In this document: positions 48,524-58,619 of the stretch, piece by piece
Layout of the letters: every line of letters starts with the position of its first letter
Position numbering within the stretch: position 1 is the stretch's first letter
Assembly: GCA_963738895.1 (NCBI GenBank)
Contig: CAVTYN010000014.1
Coordinates: 147-64,146 of the forward strand
DNA: 64,000 bases
Origin: an uncultured Actinomycetota bacterium
GTDB taxonomy: Bacteria > Actinomycetota > Thermoleophilia > Gaiellales > Gaiellaceae
Direction: 5' to 3'
The notes under the pieces: generated by a model
Databases searched by the model: none
What the model saw: the letters and a program-made list of their open reading frames with translations, nothing else
Told to the model about the DNA's origin: nothing
Program-made: the position numbers and the translations under genes

Positions 48524-49657
48524 ATGAGGTCACTGCCAAGGCATGCGCTCGTCCATTCGGACGGGAGACGGCTGCTCGTGTACGGCGAGCTGCACGGGAC
48601 CCTCGACGAGGAGGGGCCTGCCGCGGCCGGGGATAGCGCCGAGATCCACAAGCGTCTCGACGCGTTCACGGAGACGTGGGTCGGGATTGCGCCGGCACGG
48701 AACACGCGGCCGCTCGACTCCCGGGCCAAGAGCCCGGGCGTGGCGCCCTGCCCCTTCTGCGCGGGCGGGCTCGAGGTTCCGTTCTCGTACGACGCGGCCG
48801 CGTTCGACAATCGCTTCCCCTCGTTCCGCCCGGACCCGCCGGCGGCACCGCTCCTCGACGGCCCGGACCGGGCCGGCGCGGGACGCTGCGAGGTCGTTCT
48901 CTACACCGACCGGCACGACGCCTCGTTCGGCGACCTTTCCCCGACGGAGCTCGCCCGCGTCGTCGCGATCTGGCTCGACCGCGGACGCGAGCTCTGGGCG
49001 GACCCGGAGCACGCATACGTCTGCGTCTTCGAGAACCGGGGTGCCGAGGTCGGTGCCACGATCGCGCACCCGCACGGGCAGATCTATGCGCTCGACCATG
49101 TGCCGCCGGTCACCGTGGCGAAGTCCGAGGCCCATCGCCGCCACCGCCGGCGCGAGGGAGGGTGCCTCTCGTGCGCGGCGACCCGGGCCGACGATTGCTC
49201 CGACCGCGTGGTCTCCGCGAACGAGAGCTTCGTCGTTGCGGTCCCGTTCGCGGCGAGGTGGCCCTTCGAGGTGGCGGTCCGGGCGCGCCGGCACGGGCTT
49301 GGGCGTCTGGCTGACCTCGCTCCCGCAGGACAGCGCGACCTTGCGGTTGCCCTGCGTGACGTCGCGCGCCGATACGACTCGCTGTGCGACCTCGCACTGC
49401 CCTACATGATGGTCGCGCAGGAGGCGCCGCGCGATCAGCCGGACTGGCACCTCGCGTTCGAGCTGTACCCACGGCATCGCGCGCCCGGAGTGACGAAGAT
49501 CCGTGCGAGCGTGGAGACCGGTCTCGGGCTCTTCCTCAACGATGTCGCGCCCGAGGATGCGGCGCGACAGCTCGCCGGGCTCGACGTTCCAGCAGAGCCG
49601 ATCCAGCTCGACTCGCTCTTCGCCGTCACCCAACCGGACGCGGCGTTGCTGTCATGA
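48524..49657 (+). CDS. galT: Galactose-1-phosphate uridylyltransferase (HIT superfamily)
   Basis: The internal ATG at 48524 gives CPFCAGG..., FENRGAEVGATIAHPHGQIYAL (the HPHGQ active site) and PYMMVAQEAP. Intact, 377 aa. Confidence 0.9.
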   Translation: MRSLPRHALVHSDGRRLLVYGELHGTLDEEGPAAAGDSAEIHKRLDAFTETWVGIAPARNTRPLDSRAKSPGVAPCPFCAGGLEVPFSYDAAAFDNRFPSFRPDPPAAPLLDGPDRAGAGRCEVVLYTDRHDASFGDLSPTELARVVAIWLDRGRELWADPEHAYVCVFENRGAEVGATIAHPHGQIYALDHVPPVTVAKSEAHRRHRRREGGCLSCAATRADDCSDRVVSANESFVVAVPFAARWPFEVAVRARRHGLGRLADLAPAGQRDLAVALRDVARRYDSLCDLALPYMMVAQEAPRDQPDWHLAFELYPRHRAPGVTKIRASVETGLGLFLNDVAPEDAARQLAGLDVPAEPIQLDSLFAVTQPDAALLS

Positions 49658-49751
49658 GCCGTAGGCTCGACGGAGGCTCCAACGTGGCTGGGGCTCGTGA
49701 GGTCGCGGCCGTTTGCACGGAGGCGCCGGCGCCGGAGCGGGACGGCCCGTC

Positions 49752-50554
49752 GTGACCACCGAGGCTGCACACCCGTCCGTCCCTGCTTCGCTCCGGCGCG
49801 AGCGCATGCTCGCGGAGATCAAGGAGCGGGAGTTCGTGCGCGTCGGCGAGCTGAGCAACCGCTTCGGCGTTTCCCAGGTGACGGTGCGCGGCGATCTGGA
49901 CTCGCTCGCTGCCAGGGGCAAGGTGCATCGCGTCCGCGGTGGTGCGATTCCCGGCTGATACCGCGGCAGGAGCAGCCGTTCGAGGACAGCATCTCGAGCT
50001 TCGCCGCGGAGAAGGTGGCGATCGCCCAGGCCGCGGCCGCGTTGCTGGAGGACGGCGAGACGGTGATCGTCGATGTCGGGACGACGGCGGCGGCCGCTGC
50101 GCGTGCGATCGCGGCCCGCGCAGAGCTCAGTGACGTGGTCGTCTTCACGAACGGCTTGAAGACCGCGCTCGAGCTGGAGCCGGCGATCCCGCGGATCACG
50201 GTCGTGGTGCTGGGCGGCACGCTGCGGCCGTTGCAGCATTCGCTCGTCGACCCCCTCGCCACGGTCATCCTCGACCAGATCTCGGTCAAGACGGTGCTGC
50301 TCGGCTGCAACGGCGTCGATCCGATCGGAGGCATCACGAACATCAACCTGCCCGAGGCCGCGCTGAAGCAGCGGATGCTGAACGTGGCGACGCGGAAGGT
50401 GGTGCTCGCGGACGGGGGCAAGCTCGGCCGGATCGAGGTTGCCAAGCTCTGCCCGATCGAGGGCGTCGACGTGGTGATCACGGGGCGCTCGGCGGATCCG
50501 GCCGTGGTCGAGGCGCTCCGCGATCGCGAATGCGAGGTCGTCGTCGCCGGTTGA
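49752..50554 (+). pseudogene. DeoR/GlpR-family transcriptional regulator, one frameshift
   Basis: The HTH is RRERMLAEIKEREFVRVGELSNRFGVSQVTVRGDLDSLAARGKVHRVRGGAIP. After a shift near 49955 the sugar-binding DeoR_C part reads FAAEKVAIAQAAAALLEDGETVIVDVGTT..VLLGCNGVD. The GTG start at 49752 is tentative. Confidence 0.85.
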
Positions 50555-50599
50555 GAGGTCGTCTCGGAATGAGTTTCGGGACGACCTCTGACCCTCCGG

Positions 50600-51314
50600 C
50601 TACGCGGGCAGGACGATTCGGACGCCGAAGCCGGCGGCCCCGGCGGACGAGCCCCCGACGTATCCCGCGCCGAACTGCTCGGCGATCTGCTCGACGATCG
50701 GCTCGCACTGCGACGCCCGAGCACGACGACGCTTCCGCCGCCGCCGCCGCCACCGCCCACCCGAGCACCGGCAAGCCCCCGGTCCCAGCCTGCTCGGCGG
50801 ACGGCCGAGACGATCGGTTCCGTACGGCGTGTGCCGATGCCGCAGCGGACGAGACGAGGACCCGGAGCCCGGCCGGGTACACGTCGGCGTCCCGGATGAG
50901 CAGCGCAACCGGCCCGAGAACGTATCCGGCCCAACGGTCGCCCTCTGAGAAGCGCCGCGCGAGGGTCTCGGGGGCGAGGCTCGCGAGCTCGTCGATCAGA
51001 AGGAAGGCCCGTCGATTGCCGCTCACCGCCGTGACACGCCCGTCTCCCGTGACCTGGGCCCCGACGAGGGCGGCGGCCTCGGTCGAGAGCCCGAGGACGA
51101 GCGAGCCGGAGTAGTCGGCGATCCCCCCGAGGGCGTCGTACCTGCCGGGGGCACGGGCGACGCAGATGGGGCCCGTTCGATCGAAGAGAGCATGTCGCGA
51201 GACGGGGTCGCAGAACTCCTCGGCGTCGTCTCGATGAAGGCCCGACCCGGGCGCGGGCGGCCGCGGCTCGATCCAGGCGATGCCCGGGGTGACGTCCTCG
51301 CGGACGGTTCTCAC
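50600..51314 (-). pseudogene. GHMP-kinase (arabinokinase/galactokinase-like) remnant with frameshifts and an apparent large internal deletion
   Basis: [24 protein letters not shown] (an APGR..GG.ADYSG motif) is followed by GLRVLVSS. About 30 codons later, in another frame, comes [18 protein letters not shown] (GHMP motif-III-like). The protein ends [25 protein letters not shown]. Total length is only ~240 codons. The start is tentative. Confidence 0.55.
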
Positions 51315-51329
51315 GTGGACGCCATAGCC

Positions 51330-52097
51330 CGAACCCTGTCCGGAATCGAGGTCCGTCCCGAAGATCCACACGGTGCGGGACGAGTACTTCTCGCCGGGCC
51401 GAAGCACTGTCGATGGGAACCCGGGGCGATTCGGCGAGTCCGGGAAGTGCTGCGTCTCGAGCGCGAGCCCGCCGTGACCGGTGTAGAGGTGGATCCCGGG
51501 CTCCGTGGTGGATCGAGACGCAGCGACAGCTCTGCGGGTCGCGCAGATCCGCCGCGCGGACGAGCGCCCCGATCTGCAGACCCGCGATCGAGGACGAACG
51601 TGGCGTCGCAACCTCCTACCAGAGCGCCGACGGGCCGTGGAGCTCGCAGATCGAACGGCGTGGCTGCAACGCTCGGCGTCGCCCCTGTGGGGATCAGCTC
51701 CCGATCGACCTCGACGTATCGCTCTGCATGCACCGTGACGAGTTGATCGTCGACCGTGCCGGGGCCCTCGCCCGCCAGGTTCCAGTAGGCGTGACCGGTG
51801 AGATTGAGGTCTGTCGGCCGATCGGTCACCGCCTGGAAGTCGAGGCTCAGCGCACCGTCCGCGAACAGGCGGTACGGCGTACCGTCCGACGATCGCCCCG
51901 AGGTAGAGGCTCCCGCCGTGGATGTACTCCTCGAGCGTCGAGAAGCCGAGCACGACGTCTCGCGGCTCGCCGTTCCCATCCGGAACGAGGAGCCGCTGGA
52001 CGATCCCGCCGTACGCGGCCACCCCCAGCTCGATCCGCGCGTTGCGAAGGACGAAGAGCTCGACCGGCGTCCCGTCCGGCATCACCCCGAACGGCAT
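51330..52097 (-). pseudogene. galM: Aldose 1-epimerase (galactose mutarotase) remnant with frameshifts and internal deletions
   Basis: [62 protein letters not shown] is joined directly to [10 protein letters not shown] | [28 protein letters not shown]. The protein then runs ..[35 protein letters not shown]. The conserved ANRI...LDG and LHGG segments are missing, and no in-frame stop is present. Confidence 0.75.
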
Positions 52098-52114
52098 CCG
52101 CTCGACGTACGCGC

Positions 52115-53208
52115 TCAGAGCGACCGGTAGGCGATCGGGATGCGGCTGCCCTCGTCGGAGGAGCGCAGCGATCGCGTCGCAGACCTCGGTGGCGCGGTAG
52201 CCGTCCTCGAACGTCGCGCAGTACGGAGCGACGTCCGTCTCGCCGGCGATCGCTCGAGATCACGCGCGCGTACTCGAGCGTGAAGGTGTCGCCCCAGCCG
52301 ATCAGGTGCCCGGGCGGCCACCAGTCGCCGGTGACCCGCTCCGTGCGGAAGGGGCCGCCGTCCGAGACCTGGAGCTCGTCGAAGCGCTCCATGTCGAAGG
52401 CGATCGAGCCCTCGGAGCCGTTGATCTCGCACGTCGGTCTGGTTGACGCGGCCGCGCGCGAGCCGCGTCGCCTCGAGCGTGCCGATCGCGCCGTTCGCGA
52501 GCTCGATCGAGGCCGTGAACGCGTCGTCGACCTCGTGCCCGGGCACGTAGGTGCGCAACGATCGCGGAGACCGTCTCGATCTCGCCGACGAGGAACCGGG
52601 CCAGGTCGATGATGTGCGTGCCGAGGTCGCCGATCGCTCCCGTCGCCGCCTGGGCGCGGTCGAAGCGCCAGATGCTCGTGTCCGCGTCCCAGCCCCACGA
52701 CTGCAGGTAGCGCGCGCGGAAGTGGACGATCTCGCCGACCGCGCCCGCCTCGAGCAGCTCGCGGGCGCGCCGGATCGCCGGGACGAAGCGGTAGTTGAAG
52801 CCGCAGGCGTGCACGCGTCCCGGCGCCGTCGCCGCCTGCCAGATCCGGTACGACTCGTCGGCGTCGAGGCCGAGCGGCTTCTCGCAGAGGACGTGCTTGC
52901 CCGCCTCGAGCGCGGCGATCGACGGCTCGGCGTGGATCGCGTTCGGGCCGCCGTTGTCGAAGAGCTCGATCCGGTCGTCGGCGACCTGCTCGCGCCAGTC
53001 GGTCGACGGCCTCGGCCCAGCCGAAGCGCGCCGCGACCGCCTCGAGCGCCTCGCGGTTGCGGCCGGAGATCGAGACGAGCTCGGGCAGGAGCGGCGGGTC
53101 GAGCTCCCGGAGCGCGCGGAGCGCCCGCGAGTGCGCCTTGCCCATGAAGGCGTAGCCGAGCATGCCGACGCCGATCTGCACGGGCTGCCCGTTCCCCACG
53201 TGGGGCAT
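52115..53208 (-). pseudogene. Gfo/Idh/MocA-family oxidoreductase (second copy), multiply frameshifted
   Basis: The ATG at 53208 gives MPHVGNGQPVQIGVGMLGYAFMGKAHS..ISGRN. Later fragments are [107 protein letters not shown] and EINGSEGSIAFDMERFDELQV. At least 5 frame changes. Confidence 0.85.
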
Positions 53209-53209
53209 G

Positions 53210-53609
53210 TTACGGGCCCGTCGAGAGCCCGGCAGACTCGATCGCCGACGGCTGCGAGCGCGGCGTCGTCCGCGCCGGGCAGCCCGCTCACGCCGACGGC
53301 GCCGACGCTGACGTCCGCCGTCGAACGCCGCGACGCCGCCGAGGAAGAACGTGAAGAACGGGTCGAAGCTCGCCCGCTCGACCGGGTCGTCTCGCACCTT
53401 CTCGGCGAGCTCCTCGGTCGTGCGCGCGTCGCTGCGGGCCGCGGTGTAGGCCTTGCGCTGCGCGTTCAGCCGCGTGTCCGGCGCGGCGCCGTCCATCGTC
53501 GCCGCGGCGACGACCTCGCCGTGGTCGTCGGCGACGAACACCGAGACCGGGCCCGGGCGCCGCGGAGATCACGTGCTCGACGATCTGGAGGGCGCTGTCG
53601 CAGCTGCAT
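53210..53609 (-). pseudogene. GlcG/HbpS-like (DUF336) heme-binding protein, frameshifted
   Basis: The ATG at 53609 is followed by ..DSALQIVEHVISAAPGP, VFVADDHGEVVAAATMDGAAPDTRLNAQRKAYTAARS.. and VGAVGVSGLPGADDAALAAV.., in three frames. The TAA at 53210-53212 lies 1 nt before the next ATG. Confidence 0.65.
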
Positions 53610-53646
53610 CTGCGCGCATTCTGGCGGTCAGCGACGTGGGCGTACG

Positions 53647-54640
53647 ATGCTCCGTGCGCAGCGCGCGTAGCGGCCACACACTCGCTCCGCATCGCCGGCC
53701 GCTCGTATCCGGTGATCTTGCCGTCGCCGAAGGACCCGCGCCTCCACGTCTCGGCGACGTTCCTCGTCCTGTACGTGCTCGGGATGACCCAGTTCCACTT
53801 CCGGCTCTCGTTCCCGCAGATCGTCGATCGTCGATCCTCACCTGCGCGCGTGATCGAGCTCGTCGTCACGTTCCGGCAGAAGCGGATGATCATCTGGCCG
53901 GCGAGCGCGATGCTGACCGGCAACGGGATCGCGTTCATCATGCGGATCCCCGGGACGCAGCACGGCGACTGGTGGTCGTTCGAACGGCGTCTGGATCTAC
54001 GCGGCGATCGGCCGCCGTCGCGATGGCGTCGAAGTACCTGATCCAGTTCCGGGGCCGGCACGTCTTCAACCCGTCGAACTTCGCGCTCGTGCTCACGTTC
54101 GTGATCCTCGGCTCGACCCGGGTGGAGCCGCTGCAGTTCTGGTGGGGCCCGCTGTCGCCGGCGCTCGTGATCGTGCTGCTCGTGATCGTCACCGGCGCGC
54201 TGCTCGTGCTGCAGCCGGGTCGGGCATGCTCGCGGTCGCCGTGATCTTCTGGTTCACGTTCGCGAGCGCGCTCGGCATCCTCGCCCTGAGCGGCCATGCG
54301 TTCTCCGCGAACTGGCATCTCGGGCCCGGTCGCGGACTACTACTTCTGGAAGGTGCTCATCCTCTCGCCGGAGGTGTTCATCTTCCTCTGCGTTCATGAT
54401 CACCGACCCGAGGACGACGCCGGAGACGGCGCGCGGGCGGCGGATCTACGCGGTCGCGATCGGCCTCCTCGGCGCGCTGCTGATCGCCCCGATGCAGACG
54501 CGAGTACTGGGCGAAGGTGGCGCTGCTCGCGTCGCTGACGATCGTCTGCGCCGCGCGGCCGCTCATCATCCTCGCCCGGGAGGCGCTCGAGCGGCGCGAG
54601 CGGCGCCGGGCCGAGCGGCCTCGCCGCCGGCGCTCGCAGG
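53647..54640 (+). pseudogene. RnfD/NqrB-like polytopic membrane protein of the type annotated 'UnbU', multiply frameshifted
   Basis: The fragments are ILPSPKDPRLHVSATFLVLYVLGMTQF, WPASAMLTGNGIAFIMR, MASKYLIQFRGRHVFNPSNFALVLTFVILG..LQFWWGPLSP, GPVADYYFWKVLILSPEVFIF, FMITDPRTTPETARGRRIYAVAIGLLGALLIAPMQT and VALLASLTIVCAARPLIIL. Both ends are approximate. I recall the UnbU naming from memory. Confidence 0.6.
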
Positions 54641-55190
54641 CTCGGCCTCCTCGCCGTGCCGGCGCGGCGGCGTTCGCCGCGCTCATCGTCGTCGCCGGCA
54701 GCCCGGCCCGCTCGGTCGCCGGGCCTCTCCGGCAGCAGCGCTCGCGAGCGACGTCTCGCGTCACGATCGAGCACACGCCGAACGTCGTCTCGATCACGCC
54801 GCAGACTCGGACGGCAGATCGCAGGCGACGCGTCGCCGACCTGGGCTCGTCGAACGCGCTCGGCAAGCGCGACGCGACCAGGCGGCGGCGCGCGAGCGGG
54901 CCTACCTCGCCGCGCTCAAGGCGCAGATCGCGAGGCCGTCGGCCGGCCGATCGTCGTCCCGAGCTACCACGTCACGCGGTCGACCTGCGGCTGCTGCAGG
55001 CCGTCGATCAGGCGCCGCCGACGGTCGTCGCGACGCTCACGGGCAGGTGACGCCGCTGACCTACCCGGCGGCTCGTCGACCGCAGAGCGGCGCGGCGACG
55101 TCGTTCAAGCATGTCTTCGACCTGGCGCTGACGAACGGCCGCTTCCTGATCATCGGCGAGGGCGCGACGCACCGCGCTGCCGGCGGCGCC
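54640..55190 (+). pseudogene. Unresolved coding stretch, either a membrane-anchored hypothetical protein or the N-terminus of the CRTAC1 gene; frames scrambled
   Basis: Protein-like fragments appear in all three forward frames: AAAFAALIVVAGSP, VTIEHTPNVVSITPQT, RERAYLAALKAQIA, GRPIVVPSYHVTR, VDLRLLQAVDQAPPTVVATLTG and QVTPLTYPA..SFKHVFDLALTNGRFLIIGEG. I recognise no family. Confidence 0.3.
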
Positions 55191-56790
55191 CGCGCCGCAG
55201 CACCACGTACGCGACCCAGCCGAAGGGCGTCGGCGCCTTCTCGAAGCTCCGGCTCGTGAACGTCGCGCCGAAGCTCGGGCTCGACTTCCAGCAGGGCGCG
55301 TTCCGCTACTCGATGGCCTACGACCAGCAGGCGATGATGGGCGGCGGCGTCTGCTGGCTCGACTACAACAACGACGGCTGGCTCGACCTCTTCGCCGTGA
55401 ACTCGTACGCCGACGTCGACATGCCCGAGTGGGCGAGCCACGGCGGCCTGCCGCAGAGCGCGCTCTTCCGGAACGTCCACGGGAAGTTCGTGAACGTCAG
55501 CAAGGACGTCGCACGCCGGCATCCGCGTGAAGGGCACCGGCTGCGCCGCGGCCGACCTGAACGGCGACGGCTACACCGACCTCGTCGTCACGACGGCGAC
55601 GGGCGTCGAGATCCTGTGGAACAACGGCAACGGCACCTTCACGCCGCAGGCGCTCGCGGCGCCGTACGGCTGGTACTCGGGCGCCGCCGTCGCGGACGTG
55701 AACGGCGACGGCGGCCCGACGTCTTCGTCGCCGGGCTACACGAACATGGCGGCCCGATCCCCGGCTCGATCGCCGGCTTCCCGACCAACCACGAGGGCGT
55801 CCGCGACCTGCTCTACCTCAACGAGGGCCGGCGACCGGTTCAAGGAGGTCGGCGTCGCAGGCGGGTCTCGAGTCGTCGCACTTCCGGCACGGGCTCGGCG
55901 CGACCTTCACCGACGTGAACGGCGACGGCCGCCCGGATCTCTACGTCGCGAACGACGAGGATCCGAACGACCTCTACATCAACGAGCCCGGCGGGCCGCT
56001 CGGCTTCCACTTCGTCGACGAGGCGAAGTCCTACGGCGTCGACGACCCGAACGCCGGGATGGGCGTCGCCGAGGCCGACTTCAACGGCGACGGCCGCCCC
56101 GACCTCTTCGTCACGAACTCGCGCGGCCAGCCGCACGCCGCCTACGAGAGCAAGATCCTGCCGAAGCGGCGAGACCGGCTACCGGAACGTGACGGCGATG
56201 TTCGCGAAGGCGCTCGACCGCAAGCTCGACGGTCGGCTGGGGCGACTGCGTTCGTCGACCTCGCGAACAACGGCAACCTCGACCTGATCCTCGCCAACGG
56301 CGCGATCCCGGTCACGAACCTGAAGCAGGACACCGAGCCGCGTCCAGGTGCTCCAGGGCCTCGGCGGCGGCAGGTTCACGAACGCGAGCGGGATCATCGA
56401 CCCGAACGGGATGCCGAGGATCATCGGCCGCGGCCTCGCCGCCGCCGACTTCGCCAACGACGGGCGCATGGCGATCGCGATCAACACGATCGGCGGCCCG
56501 CTCGTGCTGCTCCAGGACACGGGCCCGGTCGGCCACTGGCTCGAGGTGTCGCTGAAGGGCTTCCAGGCGGGCGCGGTGCTCACCGCCACGCTCCCGAACG
56601 GCCGCAAGCTCGTGCAGGAGCTCCACGCCGGCAGCAGCTACCTCTCGTCGGCCGACCCGCGCGCGCACTTCGGGCTCGGCGGCGCGACGAAGGTGGCGAG
56701 ACTCACGATCCGCTGGCCCGACGGCCGGTGTCGCACCTCGCGAACCTCGCCGCCGACCGGATCGTCACGGTCGCGCCGCCCCGGGACTGA
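55190..56790 (+). pseudogene. CRTAC1-family protein (FG-GAP/VCBS repeats plus ASPIC/UnbV C-terminal domain), heavily frameshifted
   Basis: The fragments are GGGVCWLDYNNDGWLDLFAVNSY, GCAAADLNGDGYTDLVV..ILWNNGNGTF, AVADVNGDG..PDVFVAG, GLGATFTDVNGDGRPDLYVANDEDPNDLYINE, GMGVAEADFNGDGRPDLFVTNS, VGWGD/AFVDLANNGNLDLILANG and GLAAADFANDGRMAIAI. The ASPIC/UnbV part reads GHWLEVSLKG..ELHAGSSYLSSADPRAHFGLGGATKVARLTIRWPDGR. At least 8 frame changes. The 5' end is approximate. Confidence 0.8.
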
Positions 56791-56817
56791 CACCCGGGGA
56801 TCGATCCCTTCGCTCCG

Positions 56818-57162
56818 CTACTCGGACCCGGAGTTGTCGACGATCTGGGCGATCTCGACGAACTCGATCGTCGGCTCGACGCCGTACAGACCGGCCACTC
56901 GCTCCCGAAGCTCGTCGGAGAAGAAGAGCACCGCTGCGTCCTTCGACTCCCAGACGTAGAAGTTCGTCGCACGTTGCTTCTCCTCGTCGAACGTGAAGAA
57001 CTTGAAGCGCAAGCCCGGCATCCCCTCGAACATCCCGCGGGCGTTGTCGGCAACATCGAGCACGCGTGAGCGATCGAACGTGCCGTCGTACTCGAACGTG
57101 ACGTTGACTCCGATCACGGTCCTCCTGAGTGGCGGGGTGCGCCCCTCAGCCGCGAGACCCAC
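56818..57162 (-). CDS. YdhR-like dimeric alpha-beta-barrel (putative monooxygenase) protein
   Basis: Intact ORF reading VNVTFEYDG..MPGLRFKFFTFDEEKQRATNFYVWESKDAAVLFFSDEL..YGVEPTIEFVEI. The start may be the internal GTG at 57117. Confidence 0.6.
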   Translation of the reverse strand: MGLAAEGRTPPLRRTVIGVNVTFEYDGTFDRSRVLDVADNARGMFEGMPGLRFKFFTFDEEKQRATNFYVWESKDAAVLFFSDELRERVAGLYGVEPTIEFVEIAQIVDNSGSE

Positions 57163-57360
57163 GACGATACGCCCCCTCGACTAGAGTCGGGCGTTCGTGT
57201 TCGACCGGCTCAAGACGGGCCCGGCGGCGACCGTCGTCGGTGCCCTCCTCCTCGTTCTCGGCGGTGTGGTCACGCTCGCCCACGGCGGGCTCGCGGGCAC
57301 GGTCATCGCCTTCGTCGGATGTCTGATCGTCGTTCGCGAGCGGGTCCGGCGCCGCGGCCT

Positions 57361-58619
57361 CTAGCGCCCCGAGCGGACCTGCAGGCGGCGCGCGATCGTG
57401 TCGAGCGTGACGGCGACGAGGAGGATGAGCCCCGTCACGATGTAGATCGTCCCGTTCGAGTAGCCGGCGGTGTTGAGGCCGTTCGCGACGGTCGCGATCA
57501 CGAGCGACCCGAGGAGCGCGCCGCGTACCTCGCCACGGCCGCCGAAGAGGCTGACGCCGCCGATGACCGCCGCGGCGATCGCGTTCAGGAGCAGCGTCCC
57601 CGGCGGGAACGTCAGCGCGACCGAGTTCACGAACGCGGCGAGCATGATGCCGCCGATCGCCGCGGTGGCGCTCGAGATCACGAAGACGAGCACCCGGATC
57701 CGCCCGACGTTGATCCCGGCGCGCCGCGCCGCCTCGGCGTTCCCGCCGACCGCGTAGACGTGCCGCCCGAAGGTCGTCCGCTTGGCGAGGAAGGTCAGGA
57801 TGACCAGGAAGACCACCATGATCACGCCGGCCAGCGGCAGGCCGAGGTGCCGGCCCTGGATGATGCCGTGGTTGCAGATCGCGACGGTGCCGAACGACGC
57901 GATCGCGACGCCGGCCAGCTTGAGCAGCGACCTTCAACCAGTTCTTCGAGGCGGCCTGCCTGCCATGCGCGTTGCGCAGCGGCAACAGCACGGTCAGCGC
58001 GTAGAGGCCCGTGACGATGGCCGCGATCAGCCAGCCGGCCTCCTGCGAGAAGTAGTAGTTCGCGGTGTAGTTGATCCAGCGGTCCTGGATGATGATCGAG
58101 CCCGGGACCTCGAGCCTCCCGAGGATCACGCCCTGCCAGATCAGGTAGCCCGCAAGCGTGACGACGAACGATGGGACGCCGACGTAGGCCACGATCGAGC
58201 CCTGCCCGGCGCCGATGACGCGCGCAGACCAGAACGGCGATCACGATCGCGATCAGGCCGTTCAGCTGGTGCCCGCTGCCCGGTAACTGGAGCTCCGCCA
58301 CGACGAGCGCGCCGATGCCCGCGACATAGCCGATCGAGAGGTCGATCTCCCCCAGGAGCAGCACGAAGACGACGCCGTAGGCCAGCATCGTCGTGCCGGC
58401 CATCTGGATGATGATGTTGCCGAAGTTGACGGCGGTGAAGAAGTTCGTCGCCTTGAAGCCGAAGAAGACGACGATGACGATCTCGCCGACGACGATCGGG
58501 AAGATCCCGAGGTTCCCCGACCGAATGTTGGTGGTGATGCGCTTGAGAAGGCCTGGAGCCTCCTCCGCGGCTTCCTGGCGGCGCCGGAGGCTCGGTCGAC
58601 CGCTTCGGCGGTGCGTCAC
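57361..58619 (-). pseudogene. xylH: Xylose-type sugar ABC transporter permease (XylH-like), frameshifted
   Basis: The GTG at 58619 is followed by ..[54 protein letters not shown]. After a shift the protein reads [23 protein letters not shown]. After further shifts it reads MVVFLVILTFLAKRTTFGRHVYAVGGNAEAARRAGINV..LFGGRG. At least 3 frame changes. Confidence 0.85.

Noticed and set aside
50478-52097. 539-aa ORF suggesting a mutarotase-GHMP kinase fusion
   Set aside because: Two different family proteins are joined only because the galM stop is missing from the frame. Both parts are themselves shifted and deleted.
53647-56790. Enediyne (or other polyketide) biosynthetic cluster suggested by the UnbU/UnbV-type genes
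   Set aside because: There is no PKS, thioesterase, or E3/E4/E5-type or tailoring gene anywhere in the window. The neighbours are sugar-metabolism and housekeeping genes.
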